Assembly: GCA_047967505.1 (NCBI GenBank) | Contig: CM106538.1 | Strand: one strand, 5' to 3' | DNA from: Dipteris shenzhenensis | Taxonomy: Eukaryota | Length of the DNA stretch: 64,000 bases | In this document: piece after piece, positions 25,023 to 38,845 of the stretch | Layout: every line of letters begins with the position of its first letter | How positions within the stretch are numbered: the stretch's first letter is position 1 | Position numbers and translations under genes: made by a program | Notes under the pieces: model-generated | What the model was told of the DNA's origin: nothing | Databases searched by the model: none | Seen by the model: only the letters and a program-made list of their open reading frames with translations

Positions 25023-26190
25023 CACTACAAGGTATTCATTGGTTTCCAACGGAAACACTGATAGAAATTACAATAATTTTTGTGTGTGTGTGCAAAGCAT
25101 CGGCGGTAAATGTGTCAATAAACATCCATTGGTATTAGTATCAGGTATACACCAACACTGGTAAAGCGTTAGTACATATCGACACACAACACAAGCTAAA
25201 TTTATGTTTTGGTGTGGTAGAATAGGGCTTGTCTACCCCATCATTCCCTGCTATTATATGTGTTTTATTAGAAGGTAAGTATTACAACATGCCATTTGAG
25301 GTAGGAACGTGCAAAATTTTCTGGAACTCTCAAATCATGTCTTATTATAAAATTTCATTTCTGAAGAGTGTAGTGGAAATCTTGAATATGAGATAAAACA
25401 TGGCAAAATTACCGAACGTATGCTAAATACAAGGTAATCTACTATGTATCCTACTGTGAACCACTTGACCCATCCTCCGAATCCCTTGACTCATCCCCAC
25501 CTCTGCATGATCCCTCGGCCTAGTTGCCTTTGCTTGATCCCTCACCCTACTCTCTCTCCCGATGTTCCCACCTACAAGCTCCTCCTCTTCTGTGTTTCCT
25601 AGGGTTTCAGTGGGTCCAATTGATCACGCTAAGAATGAAACAACTAAAAAATGAGATTATAGCTTAATTGTAATTAGATCAATGGTACGATTAAACATTA
25701 TTTAGAACAATGATGATTGGAGTAAACTTACATGATGAATGCCCACTTTAGCCCAATCGATGTCATATTCTTGACACTCCATCTCTTCAAACAATGCCCT
25801 CGCTCCTAGTTTTAGTGGGAAATTGTACTCCTTATCTATAGGACAATCATAGATTCCTGGACCCAAATTATGAGAGTTAGATGAAGTGTCATATATGGTT
25901 AAGTAAAAAAATAGAACAATAAATTATAAGATAAATAGACTTACCACCCATGCCTTGTAGCTTGTCCTTCTGCCATGCTTGAGGTGAAAAGTGACTATGG
26001 TGTCAAGAAGGCTTCTCACTGCCCTCTTTTGACTCGTCCATTTATCTAGCATTTCTCTGAGATCTTTCTTGGCAGGCTTCCAATCCTCTTTGTGTACCCA
26101 CAAAGGCCTACTCTGCCTAGCATGCATGCTTCACATGCTACATAGCACTTGTAATGATTCAATGGTATCATTCCAAATCTTTATTCCAAA
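25023..26190 (-). mobile_element. CACTA end fragment with a spliced ORF2-like remnant
   Basis: CACTACAAG at 25023. Minus-strand exon 25732-25860 (DCPIDKEY...GARALFEEMEC..YDIDWAKVGIHH) followed by a GTAAGT donor. Confidence 0.6.
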
Positions 26191-26206
26191 TGCTTTTGGT
26201 CTCATG

Positions 26207-26452
26207 CTCGGGGGGGTCACTCATCATATGTAATCCTATCACGTGAGTTCAACAGAAGGATATTTTTTATTTCCAAAATTTACAGAAATAAATATACATA
26301 AGGGACTATTTAAAATAGTTTTGGGAAAAATTTACAGATTTGTATAGAAAAGGGGTACATTTTATTTATGAAAAATTTACAATTAAGGGATTTTACAAAT
26401 AGGCCTTGAACGCACATGATATAGAGGGTTTATACATAGTGACCCCCCCGAG
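26207..26452. mobile_element. MITE, 246 bp, CTCGGGGGGGTCA termini, 8-bp TSD
   Basis: TIRs CTCGGGGGGGTCACT / AGTGACCCCCCCGAG. Perfect TSD GTCTCATG at 26199-26206 and 26453-26460. Confidence 0.95.
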
Positions 26453-27847
26453 GTCTCATGTTCAATATTGGAATGTCTAATACACAACTTGAAGATAGTT
26501 TGTCAGCATTGAGCAATGCATAAGTTATGGGTCAGGCAAGGTACCCATGATATTCAAAAAATGCCGTGAACCTCACCAAAAATGGCTATACTCAAGAAAA
26601 CAATGACCTAGAGATATCACAATCAGATTGAAATGCTTGCTTTCTGTGATATTTGATGCATTCAAGGCAGCTATGTTTTATTCTCCACTCTATAGAATAT
26701 ATATCCTATTGTTCTGAATGTAGAGAAGTTGATTTGATCAAAACTATAGAATATCTAAATTTTCCACTCTATAGAATATATATTCTATTATTGTGAATGT
26801 AGACAAGTTGATTTGATCAAGGATTTATGAGCTCCACCTCCTAAAATTTGTAGTCACATGTCACATACCTTCCACCCATTGGATGCCTCCCAATAATAGT
26901 GACCACTGCGAGCTTCTACCAAAGCTCTAGTGTAGCCAACCCACATGACTTGCATATATTCAAGAGTGTGCTAGCGTCAGGCACTACTTCACATGAAAAA
27001 GTATCCTTGAGATAGATCTATACATGCCATGTTTGGCATAGCTGAATCTAAAATGAGCAAGCAAGAGATTTACAAAGCACAATCAATGCAAAGAAATGGG
27101 CTTCCATTTGTGCAACAATTTATTTTGTTCTTCATTGAACCTACTATGTTTCTTGAGGATAAAGCATCTGAATAGACCATGCATTGCCATGAATCTATGT
27201 TTCTTTGAATGTTTCTTGGGGAAAACAATTAGATTCATGCTAGATTGGGGTCATATATTGGGGACAAAACATCTTATTTAAGTTTCCATTTTGGTCAAAA
27301 TACTTTGTGTTTTGGCTATCTTACTACTTTGTGTTCTTACATTATTGCTTGACTACAAATTTGTGCTCCAATATTGTTGCTTGAACTCTATGTGTTATCC
27401 CATGTTGCTAAGGAAATTGCCGGATAGAAGCAAGTAATTATTTCAATATCAAGCTTGAAGCCATGTTTTTTGGGGTGAATCCTGGTAGAAAATTTAGTAA
27501 TGTGGGAGCTGGGGATGTAGTTTATGTGTTAATCCAAACTCGCAATTATATTGGGATGATATCATCCATCCAATGGAGGTAAGGTGGTAGGCAATTGTGA
27601 ACTAGCTCTATAGTCATCCCTTGCATAGTTGAATTGATTTCCATGAAGATTCAATACCCATTTCTTGACCATGATTTTATGTTTACATCTATCTATGTAT
27701 GTTTTTAAAATTTCTATAGTTGGAGTCTTTGTGTTTGTGCTCCATTCATCTCTACTCTCCCCTTGAAATAGCAATAGCTACTTTATTTTATGTTATACTA
27801 GTACTTAAGGAAACTTGGTACAAATGAATAGGTCATGTTACATACCC

Positions 27848-30800
27848 ATCATGGATCCTAGCCACTCGTTATTGCATGAGCATGTTTTTTGTTGATCGGT
27901 AGTTATTTAGAACATACTATGCTAGAATCTTTCCTATGAATTTGAATTTCTACAACCATGGGATTTAAATTTTCACCATTCAAACCTTTGGGGTACACTT
28001 GATGAAAAAACACACTTACACAAACTAATATATAAGAAACTCTCAAAGTCATCAAAATGGTGAGAGTGATGCCCATGCTGTTACACTTTTCAAGATTATC
28101 CTTTTCACCCGCTTGATCACTCATGAAATGATCAGCCTTCATAATGAACTTAAGGCATATAGTCATTCCAATGTCTTGCCATGGGCTCACATATGAGGGA
28201 GTTTAAATATGAACAGATTTTGAATCCAATTCAAAAATGTAAGGTAAGGTTAAGAAGTTCCTATGCTTTAAAAATTTGTGAAGAGGAATCACGTGCATCT
28301 TAGTGACACCAGTGTATATATTGCTCAGTATTTGGTAGTGAATTGCAAGAAGGTAAGGGCAAGAAGTTTCTATTCTTTAAAAATTTGTGAAGAGGAAGCA
28401 CGGGAATCTTCATGACACCACTGTATATATTGCTTAATATTTGGTAGTGTAGTACCTTATTTGAATCGAGACATTGAATCTTAACCAACATGATTTGAGG
28501 TACGGCCGATGATTATATGTTCCATTTTTTTAATAATCATGTAAGCTTAGACTTTCAATGTATCACATTTGACCTATGCTTCATTCATAGGACTATCCCT
28601 AAGATTGAAATGGAGTGGGATGGATGAATATTGGCATATGAGCTTATTCAATTTTGGTATTTACGGTAATATTAATGTAATCACCTTGATACATTAGGGT
28701 GAATTTTATCGTAACACATGTTGCATACATGATGTCCCATGTTGATGTGGCTTTGGTTTAAGTTCAATTATTGGTTAGCTATTTGATTATTCACTTCTAT
28801 AATAGTGTATGTGATCAAAATACAAGTCATTGTGTGGTCCCATTTTCAATTATTAGAGTTTGAGCTAGCATGGAAACCAGAACCAATCAAAGTTTCTATA
28901 GGCAATGGTATCGTCAAAATGCCCCACTAATGGTTAGCTTTAGGCTGTGGCCATTTAAATGCACCAAAGCCTCAAAGGAAAGAAATAAAACCCTACATAA
29001 TTGCAACAACTGCAAGACTATTGTGGTATGAGTGCAAATTGTATAAGGCTAGAAACTAGATAACTTAGCATATTAAGCTTGCTTCTGTTGTTGATGATCT
29101 TAGAAATTATTGTACACGTTTGAAGTCCAACATAGCATGGTAGCAAGAGGTGTTGTAAAGACATATTTCAACATAACCTAGACATGGGGAGAGGTAGATT
29201 TCTATTTCCAAGACAATGGAGAATGCATACCTCTTTGTGGAGAATTTGTGGAGAATTTTTCCAAGACGAGGTAGTGGGCTTAGGCCACAAAGAACGTGTA
29301 GTTTTTCAATGATTAAGAGTAGTGGAGGGATAATTTTGCCTCACACTAGTTAAGAGTCGTTGTTCAAAAAGTAAGAATAGCAGAGGGATAATTGTGCCTC
29401 ACATTGGGTAAGAATAGTGATTTAATGAGTAAGAGTAGTGGAGGGAGAATTGTGCCTCAAACTAGTATACCAGCGAGTATTTTGCAAAATTATATTTCAC
29501 ATCCTTGTATATATATCCCTTATCTGTGAGGTACCATATGGAACTTAAAGGATAGTGCCAAATCTCCAAAGTTTAAAGTGTGATTCCATCTTCAAAGAGG
29601 AACATGCATGCATGCAGACTACACATGTTTAAAATTCTTTCTTCAATTAACTTTTCAAATTTGATAATTTGGAAACACACACACACACACACATGTGCAC
29701 ACATGCACACACACACACACACACACATACACACACACACACACACAGAGACACACACACACACACACACACACACATGCACACACACACACACATAGAT
29801 TTGATTAGTAGATGTATCTCACACACACAAACACTTATTTCTTTATGTGCACACACACATGCACACATGTATACTTCCCCAACTATGAATTATTCGTTCA
29901 TTTACTGCCGTGAAATCTCCCCTTTACACTCTCTTTTTAACCACCCCACACGCCAAGCCCACTAATTGTCCCATACCTCCTTTAATCCTGTCTCAACCCA
30001 TGCACTCATTCGCTCCTCATCTTGTGACTTAAACTTCACTTGTGGCTTAAAGTTTTTTTAATTATCGAAGATTCCATATGGTTTTCTATATTCCTACATA
30101 AAGCGATAACAAGTCCGGGGAAACAGGCATTACCTGTCTACCCAAATGTAACTATGATGTTCTAACACCTAGTTTGTTTGGATGGTGGTAGGTAAGTGGA
30201 CCCCGAGCATGGAACCTGGACTGTCTGAGGATTCGACAACTTTTTTCTACATTATGTTTATCAAACTTAATATTATTAAAATTTATTAATTTTGATTGAA
30301 ATATTTGCAAACTCTAGTTGTTGCATTTTTCAACTTAGATGTCTCAAACTTTTTTTTCTTATATGTTTCCCTTTTTTTACTTTTTATCCAATTGATGGAA
30401 TTAATTGTATGGCTCAATTATTGATGGGACTTTTTAACCTAAACACACACATAAATGTAAAGTATATATGCCATGTATACACAACACATGCAATGCTACA
30501 AAAGCGAGACAAAAGCATTTTTCCCAACTAAAAGGAATTATAAGGCTTATTCAAGATCCAATTCCAATTAAAACATTTAAATATTGAGATCTACAAGCAA
30601 TTAAAGAAAAGCTAGGAACCCACCCTTGAGACTTGATAGAGTTAGGCCAATAGTGGTACATTGCCTATGTTGGTAGTGGTTATATAAACTTACAATGACA
30701 AGTACTTCAAAAACAAAAGTAAGTCAATAGATATAACATACATAAATGGGTTATAGTAAGTCAAATAATATTGATGTGTAAAATATAAAACTAACCCATG

Positions 30801-31640
30801 TCAAATACTGTAGCATAACGTGCCTCATTTTTTGCATACCAAAAAAGTCATAAAAAGTAGAGAATGGATTAAACGTGTTTAAGGAAGGGCATTCTCTCAA
30901 CTCTTCTATTAGCTCTTAACTCTTGTTTATCCCTGTTTAATGAGGTCCATAGGTCTCAAGAAGTTTAGTGCTATTGACTCACCATCATGAGGAACAAATT
31001 CCATGAAGTATGGCTTTAAAGCTAGCGTGATCACTTATTTGCCAAAGACAATGCCTCAATGAATCCATTCTTTCAAAGCTTAATCTAAGGGGACTTCTCT
31101 ATGCATCCTATTTTGTTGACCTTTGTCTCGTTTTAATGAACTTAGCTAACCACAATTATACCAAAGTTAACTTTAAAAACCTTAGTAGACTATGATCTTT
31201 AGGCTAGAACTCATCTTCTTGGCAGTTAATTATCAATTGGAAGGATAAAAAATCTAGCTATATTACAAAAATCTAAAATCCAATGTCTCAACACTCATGG
31301 ATAAGCGATCGCAAGCTACATTCGCTTGATGATGTGAAAACTCAATTAAAAAAGAGGTGGTAGCAGTCGTAACATCTAGATCATACTAACATGGCTTGTT
31401 GAGCAGAGATCCACGGAGTCTAGGGTTTCCTGCGTAGTGGCATGGAGATTCACAAACAAGATGGATGAGCAAAATGCAAAATTCTTAGGCACTTGGAGAG
31501 CATGCATTCCTTGACGTTGATCATTTCAAAACGTTCAGGTGGCTTGTGAGAGACAAGCTCACCTTTCATCCATCAACAATGTTCATCATCATTATGGCAT
31601 TCAACAGGCACAAGGGGTATCTCTTAGGAGGGGGTACTTC
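27848..31640 (-). repeat. Segmental duplication unit B (inverted relative to A), includes an LRR last-exon remnant
   Basis: Reverse strand ~31388-31437 reads YAGNPRLRGSLLNKPC*. 27848-29690 is a direct repeat of 35471-37220. Confidence 0.85.
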
Positions 31641-31819
31641 TCAGGCATGATTAGATAGAAGTAGGTTGGATAGCTAGAGGTATAAAGAGCAAGGAGCACA
31701 GGACACAGAAGAAGATGCATATTACATATATCTTTTCAAACCACACACACGCACACACACACACACGTTCAATTATACTATTTTATCTTGATAACTTGTA
31801 AAAATAAAGACACTGACGG

Positions 31820-32554
31820 ATATAGTATATATGGTCTGCATCCATGCAATGCTAAAAAAACATTTTTCCCAACTAAAAGGAACGGTAAGGCTTATCCAAG
31901 ATCCAATTCCAATAAAAACATTCAGATATTGAGATTTATAATTAAAATAAATTTTATTTCTTAAAATTAAAGGCAACCTAACCTTGAGACTTGTTAGAGG
32001 TAGATACCCATAATACTAACGTAGACCGATAGTGGTACATTCTCTATGTTGGTAGTGCTTTATAAACACACAATGACAAGGAATTCAGAAATAAAAGAAA
32101 GTCAAATTCTTTAGCATAAGGTGCCTCCTTGTGCACACAAAAAAATTCATCAAAAGTAGAGAATAGGTTAAATGTGTTTAAGAAAAAGTGTTTTCTCTAC
32201 TCTTCTATTGGATCTTAACTCGTGTTTATCCTTTTTTAATCCGGTCCATAGGTCTCAAGAAGTTTAGTGCTAATATTCACTTGCTCACCATCATGAGGAG
32301 CACATTCCATAAAACAATAGTGTATGGTTTTAAAGCTAGCATGATCACTTATGTTTTCAAAGAAAATGCCTCAACAAATCCATTCTTTAAGAGCTTAATC
32401 CAAGGGGCACCTTTGAGGAAATGATTTTCTTTGAACTTCATCTTATTTTAGTTAAGAAAACTCCTCTTCTATTGACTCTTAACTCTTGTTTGTTGTTTTT
32501 TAATCTGGTCCATAGATCTCAAGAAGTATAGTGCTATTGTCTTGCTCACCATCA
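31820..32554 (-). repeat. Partial duplication unit C
   Basis: Reverse complement of blocks at 11730-12160 and 13950-14480, e.g. GAGGAGCACATTCCATAAAACAATAGTGTATGGTTTTAAAGCTAGC. Confidence 0.8.
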
Positions 32555-35470
32555 AGAAGCTGTGAATGCCTGATCATTGGAATTACCTTTGCGTGGATGA
32601 ATGGCCTGAGTCCTGAGTTCTTCAGCAAGTAAGACTGACTGAAGTTCTTCTAGTGTCTGAATTTTATGTTGAATGGCAATAGTGTGGAGTAGATTCTTGT
32701 ATCCCTCACCTAGTCTAGATTCAGGATGGCTGGAACCATTTCTGTTTGATTCATGGTCTCTTCTGCTGCTGCTACGAGTTGATTATTATAGTCTTTGATC
32801 CTGATTACGTAAGTATCACCAGTTTCACTGCTGTTGCAGAAACACAGGTTGATCTGGTTTCTCAGTATGAGAATCCTGGAAGTATTCTTGGACTCATAGA
32901 GAGCATATCCCATGCTTCTTTTGATGTCTTGACTGTGTTGAGCTGCCCTAGCATGACATTTTGCATATTCTGCTTGATTAGATCATATGCATACTTGTCT
33001 TTCTTGTCCCATTCTTCCTACGCTCGGGCAATGACAAGATCTGCTATAGGTGCGGAAACTATTGGTGTAGCTAGAGATCCCACTATAGATCCCATTGCTG
33101 GTGCTGTGACAATAGGTGGAGTAGAGCAACTGCTAGCTGGATCATCCAATGGTCTAGGTGTAGATCCATCGACATACTCCCATTTGTCCTAAAGTACAAG
33201 AATAGTCTCCATCCGGTATCGCCATGTGCCGTAATTGGAGTTGTCTAGCTTAGCATATGCCTCCAGATTGAGGTTGCTAGACGTAGACACGGTGCAAGAA
33301 ATGTACTAAAGGTGTCGTGAAAATCACTGTCTGAATCAACTACAAATAAAGGACTGTAGCAAGTGAAATCTGAACTATCGGTGAAGGTAGAAGTGCAATA
33401 TATAATCCGATCTGAATTACAAGGCTTGTGGCAAATGATGCCGAGAATAGCCGTAGAGCACAAAAAATGGAGTGATTTTCTTTTTTGGAGTGCCCTCAAA
33501 TTCTTCTTGGATCAAGAGATACGGCTGGATCTAGGTGGAGGGGCAAAAGGAGTGCAAATGTGCTCAATGACGATGTGGCAGTCAGGGGGTCACATGCAGT
33601 GACTATGCCTGTGAAGAGGTGTGCCAGTGGAGCACTGTATGATGATGTGGCAACAACTGGGTGAACATGCAGTGATTGTGTGTGCCTTGCAGGAGGTAAA
33701 TGTAGCTGACAGGGGGCTATCATGTGGCAGTGCTCAGGTGTCACTAATTGACTTAACCCAAGGTCATGTTGGCCCAACCATGGTTAGATTAACTAACCCA
33801 AGGTCAGGTTGACCTAACCAAAGTCAAGATGATCTAACCAGGGTTTGACTGGTCAATGCTGACATGGCACGGTGACATGGATGCTAACGTGGCTGGTGAT
33901 GTGGCACTGACAGTTGGACTACTGAGATGTGGCAGCTGAGTTGTCTCTAATGATGTGGTTGTGCTAACATGGCCTACTGAGGATCTCTGATGATGTGGCA
34001 AGGATAAGGTTGCCACGTGGAAACCAGACTGCCTGTGGCTTATCTTGCATGTGGCGGATTGTAGGAGACCGAAATCTGTAGAGATTCCGTCGAAATCAAA
34101 AGATTCTATCATCTTCACAAAGACATCCGCCGCTTGCCCGTCATGGCTACGTCAAGCTTTTCCCTTGCTGCTACTGAGGTCACCATTTGTCAGAGTTACA
34201 TGTAGGTGCAATTGTGTGCGAGTTGATGGAGTCGCTGGCAATAGGAGCTGTTGGCCCCTTTTGGAGCTGTTTGGAGCTGGTCGGAAGATGGTGTAGGAGG
34301 CGTTTTTTGACAGTCGCTCATAGGAGCCTTTTGCTTGAGGAGAAGCACTGCCTTGTACTAGGAGATGCAGGTCGGTGCAGGGCTAGTTGTTTGTGGTGCC
34401 CCTTTGTTGGAGAGCTTGGAGGTTACTTGTTGCTTGCGCCCTTTCGTGGAGATTGTGGAGCGGTTGCCGTTCGAAGCTGTACTCCTGTGGCTGTTGGGAG
34501 TTGATGCTTTTGGAGCCGTATGCACTGGTCGTCCGTCGAGGTCGTGCTTCTGGTGTTGCATTTGTTACCGCCCGTGGCTCTGGGAGCTTGTAGTGGACAA
34601 GGCGGCTAGTCGTTGTCGCTGTTGGATGCACTATGGTGAGTCACCAGTTCGTTGCTCGCGAGTCATCATGTGGGAGACGCTATTGACGGCTACTTACAGA
34701 TAAGGCCCGTGAGTAGGAGTAGATTGTAGGTTCATTGATGGCAGCTTTGGGGTTGCTAACTAAGCGTTTACATGCGCAGAGAGTTGCCAATGGAGTAGGT
34801 TTGTTGTAGCCGCCTTAGGAGCCGAGCTAAGAAACCGTTTTGCTCGTTGATGGAGGTGGTGAGGCTGCAAGAGTTTAGGAGCTCGTTGATGCCTTGAAAA
34901 AGCAAGCGCAGGAGTTGAAAAAACAAACTCTCAAAATACAATAGTAGAGAAAATCTCTGTGTGCATCAGGAAAGGAACTTCTTTGAGATCTATCTCAATG
35001 AACTAAGGAACACACAAAGGCCTCTCTCTCTCAAAGCATGAGCTCCTGGTTCTATCTATCTCTCACACTTCTCACAAAGAACTCCGCATGAAGTGAACAG
35101 AAACCCTCAAAAAGATGGAATGAGATTAACGGAAATCTCTCAAGGAAAATGGACGAAAATTTTCTTGAAATGAATGGAAATTTTCTATCATGGAAGCGAA
35201 CACTTGATCTCTCAATCAATCACACTCTCTCATATGGATCGCAATGCCTCGGTGGAAGGCAAGGGAGCTGTCATACCATGACAAAATATGAAGAGGGGAG
35301 AGGAGAAGAGTGGAGATGAGGAGCGAGGGCACATCTAGGGAGCACACCACAAATGACTAAATGTACACTAGATTTCGTTAAAAATGTAGAATATATACAA
35401 GCCCATATACTCTATATGTGTTAGTGCTATGCACATGTAATCACATGATGTTGATCTTGGTCTCTCAACA
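32555..35470 (-). mobile_element. 5' part of a Ty1/copia element (LTR, PBS, long leader, gag), 3'-truncated
   Basis: LTR 35279-35470 (TG...CA). Degenerate tRNA-Met PBS TGGTATGACAGC (minus, 35267-35278). Gag KLDNSNYGTWRYRME..WEYVDG (~33170-33255) and a UBN2-like segment at 32710-32913. Confidence 0.8.
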
Positions 35471-37740
35471 CATCATGGCTTCTAGCCACTGGTTGTTGCA
35501 TGAGCGTGTTTTCTGTTGATGGGTAGTTATTTAGAATGTTTGCTAAAATATTTCCTATGAATTTGGATTTCTACAATCATGGGCTTAAAATTTACACCAT
35601 CAATTGTTGATTCAAACCTTTGGGGTAAACTTGATGAAAAGAGACACCAACAAACTAATACTCTCAAAGTCATCAAAATGGTGAGAGTGAAGCCCATGTT
35701 GTTACACTTTTCAAGATTATCGCTTTCATCCTCTTGATCACTCATAAAATGATCAGACTTTATAATAAACTTAAGGCATAGAGTCATTCCAATTTCTTGC
35801 CATGGGCTCACATATTAGGGAATTTAAAGATGAACATATTTTGAATCCAATTCAAAAATGTAAGGTAAGGGTAAGAAGTTCCTATGCTTTAAAAATTTGT
35901 GAAGAGGAAGCACATGCATCTTAGTGACACCAATGTATATATTGCTTAATATTTGGTAGTGTAGTGCCTAATTTGAATCAAGACTGAATCTTAACCAACA
36001 TGATTTGAGGTAGGGCCGATGATTATACATTCCATTTTTTTAATAATCATATAAGCTTAGACTTTCAATGTTTCACATTTGACCTATGCCTTATTCGTAG
36101 GACTATCCCTGACATTGAAGTGGAGTGTGAAGGATGAATATTGGCATATGAGCTTATTCAATTTTAGTATTTACATGTTTCTTTTAACCTGTAGATTATT
36201 GCCAATATTAATGTGATAACCTTGATACCTTAGGGTGAATTTGGCTCGAACACATGTTGCAGACATCATGTCCCATGTTGATGATTGCTTTGGTTTATGT
36301 TCAATTATTGATTAGGTATTTGATGATTCACTTCTATAAAAGCGTATGTCATCAAAATACAAGTCATTGTGTGGTCCCATTTTCAATTGTTAGAGTTTGA
36401 GCTAGCATGGAAACCAAAACCAATCAAAGGTTCTATAGGCAATGGCATTGCCAGAATGCCCCACTAATGGTTAGCTTGAGGCTGTGGCCATTTAGATGCA
36501 CCAAAGCCTTTAAGGAAAGAAATACATAATTTCAACAATTGTAAGACTATTGTGGTATGAGTGCAAATTGTATAAGGCTATAAACTAGATAACTTAGGAT
36601 ATTAAACTTGCTTTTGTTGTTGATGATCTTAGGAAATTATTGTACACGTTTGAAGTACAACATAGCATGGTAGCAAGAAGTGTTGCAAAGACATATTTCA
36701 ATGGAACCTAGACATGGGGACAAGTAGATTTCTATTTCCAAGACAATGGAGAATGTACACCTCTTTGCGGAGAATTTATTGAAGAAGTTTGTAGTGGGCT
36801 TAGGCAACAAAGAATTTCTTGTTCTTTAATGATTAAGAGTAGTGGAGGGATAATTTTGCCTCAAATTGGTTAAGAGTGGTTATTCAAAAAGTAAGAGTAG
36901 CAGAGGGATAATTGTGTCTCAAATCGAGTAAGAATAGTGATTTAATAAGTAAGAGTGGTGGAGGGAGAATTATCCCTCACACTAGTATACCAACCAGTAT
37001 TTTGCAAAATTATATTTCACATCCTTCTATATATATTCCCTTCTCAGTGAGGTACCATATGGCACTTAAAGGATAGTGCCGAATCTCCAAAGTTTGAAGT
37101 GTGATTCCATCTCCAAAGAGGACCACATGCAATATGCATGCATGCGTGCAGACTACACATGTTTGAAATTCTATCTTTTTCAAAAAACTTTTCAAATCTG
37201 ATAATTTGTTAAAAGAAACACACACACACACACACACTCACTCAGGAGGTTCACCTCCTAGTATTTTAGTGTACCACGTGCATTCAAAAGGAGGGGTATT
37301 TTAATTTTGCTTTTGAAAAAAATTTAACAAGTTTACAATAACAAGAGGGGGGTTTTAATTCAACATTATAAAAAAAATCCATTAGTTTATAAGTAAAGAG
37401 GGGTAGTTTTATTAGGGAAAAAATGTAGTTGAGGGGTTTTTTAAATAACCTTTGAATGCACATGATTACTAGAATTTCTTAGTGCTGCACCCCCCGAGCA
37501 CACACACACACACACATGTATAATATATATGACATGTATACACAACACATGCAATGCTACAAAAGTATTTTCCCCAACTAAAAGGAATGGTAAGGCTTAT
37601 TCAAGATCGAATTCCAATTAAAACATTAAAATATTGAGATCTACAAACAATTAAAGAAAAGATAGGAACCCACCCTTGAGACTTGATAGAGTTAGGCCAA
37701 TAGTGGTACATTGCCTATGTTGGTAGTGGTTATAAACTTA
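35471..37740 (-). repeat. Segmental duplication unit D
   Basis: Direct repeat of 27848-29690 and 30450-30690. ORF 35527-35811 is a near copy of 27903-28190. Confidence 0.85.
37241..37498. mobile_element. Diverged MITE of the CTCGGGG family inside a (CA)n tract
   Basis: Termini CTCAGGAGGTTCA / TGCACCCCCCGAG. Internal inverted CACGTGCATTCAA / TTGAATGCACATG, as in the other copies. Flanks CACACTCA / CACACACA. Confidence 0.75.
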
Positions 37741-38845
37741 CACAACAAGACAAAGTGCCCACAGACGTGCACACAGACACGTTTACAGAACTTTAAAAAG
37801 AACTTACGGGCGCATCTATTTGTGCATCTATTTGCACATCTAGAGACCCGCGTCTAACAGCGCATCTATATAGCAGACAGACGCGCGTATAGATGCACAT
37901 CTAGATGCCTAAATAGATGCTCTGCTATAAAAATTAAAAACCAGACAGACGCATCATTAAATGCGTGTATAGACGCATTTATAAACGGTCTTATAGATGC
38001 TTTTATAGATGCACAAATAGATGCTCCCTGAATAGACAGACCCGTATATAGATGCGTTTATAGACGCACTAATAGACATGCTACATAATATTTTTTTTTT
38101 AATTTACATAATGCTGTGTATGTTGTGTATGCTATATAGTTACAGGAATCCCATTTCCACATTGTGTAATTCAATTCTTATAGCCAACCGCATTTTAATT
38201 ACAATTCCAAATAAAACATTATAACTCCAAAATGCAATAAAATTGAAAGCTCAAAAAGTGCTTGTATGTACATATAGCATGAAGCTAAGCCACGTCATGT
38301 GGCTTCAAGTACAAAAAATAAGAAGAGTGTATATACAAGAGGCACAAAGCCAAGCCAGTGACTTTAAGTACAAAAAAGAGTAGCTATCACTACTTCTATG
38401 ACGAATCTAGGTTCTCCATTTCCTTGCTCCCTTCCACGCTCCCTTTTGTGCTCCCTTCTCCACCTCCTTCCTCGTCTTCTTCCTCATCTTCTTGTGCAGG
38501 GACCTGTAAACAAGGGACAACATATCTCAATGTATGAAAAATCAAATCTTTACTTATAATATTGACATTATTTAATTACTTTCAAATACATCGGGGGCCG
38601 CTCCAGTAGCCCGGATATACTGCTCCTCAGTAATCAACCCATCATGATAGAGGTGCTTCCATGTATCTCCTCTGCGATGGTGGCGGTGGTAGGCTGTCTC
38701 GACAGGAGTAGAGTATCTGCCCACGATCTCAAGCTGCAAGACGACACAATTTGCGGAGGGGATAGTACAAAGAAACAACCTCCTAATAAACTACATAAGC
38801 AATATAATTTGAGATCGATACTTACAAATTGGGCCTCCCATGATT
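37741..38845 (-). mobile_element. End fragment of the CACAA-terminated En/Spm family (ORF2 3' end)
   Basis: Starts CACAACAAGA. Reverse complement of ~21427-22491. ORF 38572-38778 matches 21383-21706 and 22534-22776 (HRHHRRGDTW...GAAP.VFESN). Confidence 0.9.

Noticed and set aside
26500-27840. Possible LINE RT remnant (WKPISL on minus near 27100)
   Set aside because: A single short motif with no other RT motifs recognised. Left unannotated.
27903-28190. Conserved small ORF, repeated at 35527-35811
   Set aside because: Similarity is explained by recent segmental duplication. No recognisable domain and a non-ATG start.
32550-35475. CATCA on both sides of the copia fragment as a 5-bp TSD
   Set aside because: The left junction has no LTR, and the two flanks come from different parts of the duplicated unit that each contain CCATCATG. 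Probably coincidental.
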